DNA of 27,323 nucleotides from an uncultured Gammaproteobacteria bacterium (lineage in GTDB: Bacteria; Patescibacteriota; Patescibacteriia; CAYYDP01), in NCBI GenBank assembly GCA_964470645.1, contig CAYYDP010000016.1:1-27323 (forward strand), given 5' to 3'. Positions 22,536 to 27,323 of the stretch are shown one piece after another; positions within the stretch are counted from its first letter, which is position 1, and each line of letters begins with the position of its first letter. The translations under genes and the position numbers were made by a program. The notes under the pieces are model-generated. The model did not search any database, was not told the DNA's origin, and saw only the letters and a program-made list of their open reading frames with translations.

Positions 22536-23951
22536 ATGGTTATGGAACAGAAACATTTTCACTTTATTGGTATTTGTGGGAAAGGGATTGGGCCAGTTGC
22601 AAACATGCTGAAAGGCATGGGGCACCGGGTGACGGGATCAGATAAGGGCGCGTATGATCCAATGCGTGCGTATTTGAAACAGACAGGAATCGAATTTTGG
22701 GTTGGGTGGGATGCTGATCGGATGGGGAAGCCTGATGTTGTTGTGCTGACGTATGCCGCTCCGTTGAGTTCGCCGGAGGTGATTCGTGCAAAGGAACTTG
22801 GAATTCCCATGGTTTCTTGGGCAGAAGTTTTGAGGGATTATTTGATTAAACCAGAATCCGTTGTTGTTGTTGGGAATGCTGGAAAAACAACAACGTCCGC
22901 GTTACTCACATGGATGTTTGAGGTTGCGGGAAGGAACCCAAGTTTCATGATCGGCGGATGGTCAAAAGATTTTCCTGACCCTACGCGCAATACCGATTCA
23001 GTGTGGTCAATTGCAGAAGGGGACGAGTTCCCGGCCGGAAAAGAAGGCGAAGCGCGAAAGTCCAAAATCTTTTTTTACAAACCAAAGTACCTGTTGCTCT
23101 CAGGAATTCAGTGGGATCATTTTGACGTCTTTCCAACAGAACAAGGCTTCTATGAAAATTTTTTGAATGTGTTGAAACTCGTGCCCCGCGATGGAACTAT
23201 TGTTGTGAACGAACGCGGGGAGGGGATCGACCGATTGCTTAAGGACTACACCAATGGAAACAACACTCAGGCGCGGATTGTTCAATATGCTGTTGAGTCC
23301 GACAGTGTGGTTAATTATTCAACGAGAAGTTTTCAGGCTACCCCCGCTGGAATTTCGTTTGAAATAGTGAAACAAGGAAATTCGCTCGGTGTATTGTCTG
23401 CTCCGTTGTTTGGAAAATTCAGTATGGAAAACATGCTTGCTGCCTCTGCGGTCGCGCTCGAGTGTGGAATCACATTTGCAGATATTCAAAAAGCAGCTAC
23501 ATCTTTTAAGGGTGTTGTTGGTCGAATGGATATTCGCTATCAAGATGATAAACGGATCCTCATCGATGATTATGCTCACAATGAGGTGAAGTTTAAAGCA
23601 GCAGTTGAAGCGCTTCGATTACATTTTCCTGATCGAAAGCTTGTTGTGGTCGCAGAACCGAACACTGGAAATCGCGTTGAGCACGCGTTATCGGTTTTTA
23701 AAAACGTCTTCACACAAGCGGATCTCGTGGTGTTTCCCGAGTTCAGCATGACCACGCTACCCGGCGCGGTTGATTCTAAGCATTTCATGGAAGCAATTCG
23801 CGGAAACGAGAATATGGTCGTGATTGACGATGATGAGAGATTAGTTGGGCGAGTGGTTGATGAAGTGAAAGACGGAGGAGTCATTTGTTTCATGGGTCCG
23901 CATGGATTCCGGGGGATGATTGAGATGGTGGTAAAACAGTTACAGCAATAG
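22536..23951 (+). CDS. Mur ligase family protein, Mpl-like (UDP-MurNAc:tripeptide ligase) or MurC-like
   Basis: HFIGICGKGIGPVANMLKGMGHRVTGSDKGAYDPMRAYLKQTGIEF (the Y-PM...GIE pattern is Mpl-like), P-loop GNAGKTTTS, and middle and C-terminal Mur ligase domains. Confidence 0.85.
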   Translation: MVMEQKHFHFIGICGKGIGPVANMLKGMGHRVTGSDKGAYDPMRAYLKQTGIEFWVGWDADRMGKPDVVVLTYAAPLSSPEVIRAKELGIPMVSWAEVLRDYLIKPESVVVVGNAGKTTTSALLTWMFEVAGRNPSFMIGGWSKDFPDPTRNTDSVWSIAEGDEFPAGKEGEARKSKIFFYKPKYLLLSGIQWDHFDVFPTEQGFYENFLNVLKLVPRDGTIVVNERGEGIDRLLKDYTNGNNTQARIVQYAVESDSVVNYSTRSFQATPAGISFEIVKQGNSLGVLSAPLFGKFSMENMLAASAVALECGITFADIQKAATSFKGVVGRMDIRYQDDKRILIDDYAHNEVKFKAAVEALRLHFPDRKLVVVAEPNTGNRVEHALSVFKNVFTQADLVVFPEFSMTTLPGAVDSKHFMEAIRGNENMVVIDDDERLVGRVVDEVKDGGVICFMGPHGFRGMIEMVVKQLQQ

Positions 23952-23953
23952 TT

Positions 23954-23980
23954 AAAACCTCTTGAAAAAGAGGTTTTTTT
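23954..23980 (+). terminator. rho-independent terminator
   Basis: aaaacctctt-gaaa-aagaggtttt followed by a T run, 3 nt after the TAG stop. Confidence 0.85.
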
Positions 23981-24064
23981 ATGCTAAAATAAGGACAATA
24001 ATCTCGCAACCTGTAAAATGTAACTTGAAACCGAAGGTAAATGGACATTAAGGTATTTTAAAAA

Positions 24065-24093
24065 GTTACAAGCTAAAGGTTACAGGCTATAAG
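24065..24093 (+). promoter_or_regulatory. candidate clpB promoter
   Basis: TTACAA (24066-71), a 16-nt spacer, then TATAAG (24088-93). The -10 element ends 6 nt before the ATG, the same geometry as at hrcA. The -35 and the spacer carry a direct repeat GTTACAaGCTA / GTTACAgGCTA. Confidence 0.35.
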
Positions 24094-24099
24094 TTTTGT

Positions 24100-26664
24100 A
24101 TGGATCCGAATAAATTAACTCAAAAATCGGCAGAAGGCTTGAATGCCGCGGTTCAGGAGGCGGCACGATTGTCGCATCAAGCGGTTGCACCGCTTCATTT
24201 GTTAACGGCGTTATTGGAACAGCAGGATGGACTAGTGCCTGTATTGATTCAAAAACTTGGGAAAAACCCAAGCACAGTTTTTCAAGTTGTCCAGGATGAA
24301 TTAAACAAACTACCCAAAGTCTCTGGAACTTCCGGTCAGCACATGACGCAAGAACTCGCGAAGGTATTGGACGAAGCAGAACGTGAGATGAAAAACATGC
24401 AAGACGAGTATGTGAGCACGGAGCATCTCTTGTTGGGATTATTGCATGATAAAGATGTAAAAAAGATTCTCGACGTTTCAAAAGACAAAGTGTTGGAAGC
24501 TTTGAAGAGTGTGAGAGGGAACCAGCGGGTCACGAGTCAGAATCCAGAAGGGACATTTCGAGCGCTCGAAAAATACACCATTGATTTCACGAAACTAGCG
24601 AGTGAGGGGAAGATTGATCCTGTTGTTGGACGAGATGAAGAAATTCGTCGAGTTGTCCAGATTTTGTCACGCAGAACAAAAAACAATCCTGTGTTGGTCG
24701 GAGATCCTGGAGTGGGGAAGACCGCGATTGTGGAAGGGCTCGCGAAAAAAATTGTTGACGGTGATGTGCCCGACAGTGTGAAGAACAAAAAATTATTATC
24801 GCTTGATTTGGGAGGACTCCTTGCCGGAGCAAAGTACAGGGGTGAGTTTGAAGAACGATTGAAAGCGGTGATTAAAGAGGTTGAGGAATCGGCCGGGAAT
24901 ATTATTCTCTTCATCGACGAGCTTCATACGATCGTAAGAGCCGGGGGAGCAGAGGGAGCGGTTGATGCTGGAAATTTGTTGAAACCAGCGTTGGCGCGCG
25001 GAAAGATGCGAACCGTCGGAGCGACAACGCTCAAAGAATATCGTCAGCATATTGAAAAAGATGCTGCGTTTGAACGCAGGTTCCAACCAGTTGAAGTTGG
25101 TGAGCCGTCAGTGAAAGACACCATTTCCATTTTGCGGGGGATCAAGGAAAAATATGAAGTGCATCATGGCGTGAAGATTCTTGATAGCGCGATTGTTGCC
25201 GCGGTTAACCTATCTTCTCGATACATTGCTGATCGATTTCTCCCTGATAAGGCAATTGACGTTTTGGATGAAGCTGCGTCGACGCTCAGAATTGAAATTG
25301 ATTCCAAACCAACAGAAATTGACAGGCTTCATCGTCAGATCCGCCAGCTTGAAATTGAAAAAGAAGCATTGAAGAAAGAGAGCGAAGAACCCTCCAAAAA
25401 GCGCCTCCAGGAACTTGACCGTGAGCTTGCTCAGCTCAAAGAAGAAAATACACAGCTAGAACTCCATTGGCAAAATGAGAAAAAACACATTGATGAGATT
25501 AAGAAACTGAGTAAAGAAATTGAGCGATTGCGAGAAGATGCTGTACAGGCCGAGCGCAGGGGAGAGCTTCAGAAGGTTGCGGAAATCTCTTATGGTACGA
25601 TCCCTGAACGAGAAAAGAAGATTGAAAACGCAAAAGCAGAATTAGCTGTTGTACAAAAAGATCGCAAAATGCTCAAAGAAGAAGTCGGAGAGGAAGATAT
25701 TGCTAAGGTTGTTTCACGGTGGACCGGAATTCCCGTCTCCAAGATGGTTTCGGAGGAGTCCGCAAAGCTTGCGATGATGGAAGAGGCGCTACATGCTCGC
25801 GTTGTCGGGCAAGACGTCGCGGTTAAGGCGGTTGCGGCTGCTGTGAGGAGAAGTCGCGCTGGGATTCAAGAGGAGAATCGTCCGATTGGCTCGTTCATTT
25901 TCCTTGGACCAACCGGAGTTGGAAAAACGGAATTAGCCAAGGCTCTTGCGCATTTCTTGTTTAACAATGAAAAAATGTTAGTCAGAATTGACATGAGCGA
26001 GTACGGCGAGAAACATTCTGTCGCTCGATTAGTTGGCGCGCCTCCGGGGTATGTGGGGTATGAAGAAGGAGGGCAGTTAACAGAGTCTGTCAGGCGACAT
26101 CCATATTCCGTCGTTCTTCTCGATGAAATTGAAAAAGCACATCCTGATGTGTTTAATGTGTTGTTGCAGGTTTTGGATGATGGGCGTTTGACCGATGGAA
26201 AGGGCAGAACCGTTGATTTTAAAAACACGGTCATCATCATGACATCCAATTTGGCATCGCAAGAAATTGCTGAACACGCAGGGGATGCTAAAAAGCAAGA
26301 ACAGGCTGTACAACTCGTGTTGAAAAAAGCGTTCAAGCCAGAATTTTTGAATCGTGTGGATGATATTATTATTTTCCAACCACTTGATAAGGCGATGATG
26401 AAGAAGATTGTGGAGATTCAGCTTGAAGCAGTTGCCGAGCGGTTGAAGCAAAAAGAAATCACCGTTGAATTTAGCGACGAAGCAAAAGACTATTTGTCTG
26501 AACAAGGATTTGACGAAGTCTTCGGCGCGCGCCCCTTGAAGCGGTTGATTCAAAAAGAAATTTTGGATGAATTATCGTTGCAGATTATTGAAGGGAACAT
26601 ATCAGAAGGGAGTAAGCTAAAAATTGATGCTGGAAAGGGGAGTCTAAAAGTCCATAAAGTCTAA
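24100..26664 (+). CDS. clpB: ATP-dependent chaperone/disaggregase ClpB
   Basis: 854 aa with a Clp N domain, NBD1 GDPGVGKT, a long middle coiled coil, NBD2 GPTGVGKT and the sensor motif GARPLKR. Confidence 0.97.
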   Translation: MDPNKLTQKSAEGLNAAVQEAARLSHQAVAPLHLLTALLEQQDGLVPVLIQKLGKNPSTVFQVVQDELNKLPKVSGTSGQHMTQELAKVLDEAEREMKNMQDEYVSTEHLLLGLLHDKDVKKILDVSKDKVLEALKSVRGNQRVTSQNPEGTFRALEKYTIDFTKLASEGKIDPVVGRDEEIRRVVQILSRRTKNNPVLVGDPGVGKTAIVEGLAKKIVDGDVPDSVKNKKLLSLDLGGLLAGAKYRGEFEERLKAVIKEVEESAGNIILFIDELHTIVRAGGAEGAVDAGNLLKPALARGKMRTVGATTLKEYRQHIEKDAAFERRFQPVEVGEPSVKDTISILRGIKEKYEVHHGVKILDSAIVAAVNLSSRYIADRFLPDKAIDVLDEAASTLRIEIDSKPTEIDRLHRQIRQLEIEKEALKKESEEPSKKRLQELDRELAQLKEENTQLELHWQNEKKHIDEIKKLSKEIERLREDAVQAERRGELQKVAEISYGTIPEREKKIENAKAELAVVQKDRKMLKEEVGEEDIAKVVSRWTGIPVSKMVSEESAKLAMMEEALHARVVGQDVAVKAVAAAVRRSRAGIQEENRPIGSFIFLGPTGVGKTELAKALAHFLFNNEKMLVRIDMSEYGEKHSVARLVGAPPGYVGYEEGGQLTESVRRHPYSVVLLDEIEKAHPDVFNVLLQVLDDGRLTDGKGRTVDFKNTVIIMTSNLASQEIAEHAGDAKKQEQAVQLVLKKAFKPEFLNRVDDIIIFQPLDKAMMKKIVEIQLEAVAERLKQKEITVEFSDEAKDYLSEQGFDEVFGARPLKRLIQKEILDELSLQIIEGNISEGSKLKIDAGKGSLKVHKV

Positions 26665-26675
26665 AAGTCCATAAA
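26642..26675. repeat. perfect 17-bp tandem duplication (gtctaaaagtccataaa x2) spanning the clpB stop codon
   Basis: Copies at 26642-58 and 26659-75. The clpB TAA (26662-64) lies in copy 2, and the last residues LKVHKV are encoded by the repeat. Confidence 0.9.
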
Positions 26676-26724
26676 GTCATTCCCGCCCCGTATGAAACTA
26701 CGGGGTAAACTGCAACGGGAATCC
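26676..26724. repeat. nested stem-loop unit gtcattcccgc...gcgggaatcc (paralog of 10083-10131)
   Basis: Outer stem attcccg/cgggaat. Inner stem ccccgta/tacgggg, where the paralog has cccgac/gtcggg, which is also self-complementary. Confidence 0.8.
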
Positions 26725-26756
26725 AAACAACATAAATCAAAAAACAAAAAGATATA

Positions 26757-26863
26757 TGTCATCCTGAAGTTTCATTCAGGATCCAGAACAAAAAAAGAAA
26801 AGACTGAATTCTTTTTGTTTTTGTTTTTTATTTCTGGATCCCGTGTCAAAGCACGGGATGACA
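26757..26863. repeat. 107-bp TGTCAT...ATGACA palindromic element
   Basis: gtcatcctgaa-gtttca-ttcaggatcc, an A-rich then T-rich core, then ggatcccgtg-tcaaag-cacgggatgac. The two terminal stem-loops are in inverted orientation. Confidence 0.85.
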
Positions 26864-26884
26864 AATGAAGCATGAAGTATGAAT
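26864..26884. repeat. heptamer array aatgaag catgaag tatgaat
   Basis: Three NATGAAG-type units abut the palindrome end. They are similar in form to the NACGAAG units of 13962/17491. Confidence 0.55.
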
Positions 26885-26945
26885 AATTTTATCTTTAAGA
26901 ACGACAGATATAAAAAGAATAGGGGGGTATTCGCGGCTTCTCCTG

Positions 26946-27212
26946 TTGAGTTGCGAAAAATGTGAGAATAACCTCCTTCTCTATCAGAAAGATGGTCCTG
27001 GAATATTAAAGCGTTTGTATCTCGATAGGATTTTATATCCAGAAAAATTGACAAATTTAAAAACAAACCTACTTTGTGAGAAGTGCAAAACAGTTCTGGG
27101 GATACCTATCGTTTATGAGAAAGAACAGCGTCCCGCGTTTCGTCTTTTTGCTGGATCAGTCGAGAAGAAGATAGTAAAAAGTGACAAAAATATAAAGTTT
27201 TCATTTCGGTAG
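26946..27212 (+). CDS. hypothetical small zinc-ribbon protein (CEKC...CEKC)
   Basis: 88-aa ORF with two CxxC pairs and a TTG start. The start is uncertain and no family was recognised. Confidence 0.4.
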   Translation: MSCEKCENNLLLYQKDGPGILKRLYLDRILYPEKLTNLKTNLLCEKCKTVLGIPIVYEKEQRPAFRLFAGSVEKKIVKSDKNIKFSFR

Positions 27213-27235
27213 TCCTTCGACATGCTCAGGATGAC
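27213..27235. repeat. single GTCAT-headed stem-loop unit (minus orientation) between convergent stops
   Basis: The reverse complement is gtcaTCCTgagcatgtcgaAGGA. The loop is the same GAGCNTGTCGA as the units at 14487, 14524, 20844 and 20879, and the stem is different but self-complementary. Confidence 0.75.
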
Positions 27236-27239
27236 GGCG

Positions 27240-27323
27240 TTATTTCTCTTCTGGCACAGGTCTCGTTTTGCCCGTTCCTTTTTCATCCACAGAAATAATC
27301 GTCAATGTTGTTCCGCAGGTGGG
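27240..27323 (-). CDS. 3' end of a gene running off the window, possibly a 4HBT/YbgC-like thioesterase
   Basis: My own translation of the minus strand is ...PTCGTTLTIISVDEKGTGKTRPVPEEK, followed by a stop (TAA = complement of 27240-42). It is not in the track because it is under 60 aa. The family guess rests only on a C-terminal pattern. Confidence 0.3.
   Translation of the reverse strand, partial: PTCGTTLTIISVDEKGTGKTRPVPEEK

Noticed and set aside
24064-24090. CtsR operator upstream of clpB
   Set aside because: The CtsR consensus is a tandem GGTCAAA heptad with a 3-nt gap. Here the repeat unit is GTTACARGCTA with 15-nt periodicity, which does not match.
26776-27066. 96-aa minus-strand ORF spanning the repeat block after clpB
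   Set aside because: Its C-terminal half (26776-26863) translates the A/T-run core and stem-loops of the 107-bp palindrome. Its N-terminal part is antisense to the more plausible double-CxxC ORF.
1-27323. Alternative genetic code (UGA recoding, as in some CPR lineages)
   Set aside because: The conserved genes dnaK, clpB, dnaJ, the kinase and the ABC ATPase are full length and uninterrupted under the standard code, and TGA is used as a terminal stop at 593-595, 14472-74 and 18805-07.

Overview
This 27.3-kb window uses the standard genetic code and holds about 27 protein genes. I found no rRNA, tRNA or CRISPR array by eye. Family names come from motifs read in the ORF translations, because no BLAST, HMM or folding run was possible.

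Genes, left to right:
- a 5'-truncated membrane-anchored ORF
- two tandem REC-only response regulators
- a DUF2339-like polytopic membrane protein and an anchored protein with thrombospondin type-3 repeats
- a minus-strand methyltransferase-patatin pair
- an orphan 7TM-GAF histidine kinase
- an 857-aa polytopic membrane protein on the minus strand
- a CIRCE-controlled heat-shock cluster (hrcA, grpE, hsp20, orf, dnaK, orf, DUF3467, dnaJ) that continues into two ABC-2 permeases and a DUF218 protein, with the ABC ATPase convergent
- an Mpl/MurC-like Mur ligase, clpB, a small zinc-ribbon ORF and the 3' end of a thioesterase-like gene

The gene content and mostly absent Shine-Dalgarno motifs suggest an uncultivated small-genome bacterium, possibly CPR/Patescibacteria. 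That is inference only.

The unusual content is non-genic, and the window is saturated with hairpin-forming repeats:
1. REP/REPIN-like stem-loops share a GTCAT head and have stems that differ in complementary fashion between copies. They occur singly, as inverted doublets and as roughly 100-bp TGTCAT...ATGACA palindromes.
2. Long imperfect palindromes have arms built from degenerate heptanucleotide tandem repeats.
3. Seven consecutive intercistronic spacers are each filled by one such hairpin. Its base sits next to the upstream stop codon and ends 7-13 nt before the next ATG.
4. Several elements and heptamer arrays lie in frame inside coding sequences (the 857-aa membrane protein, the DUF218 gene and the ClpB C-terminus), resembling Rickettsia palindromic elements.
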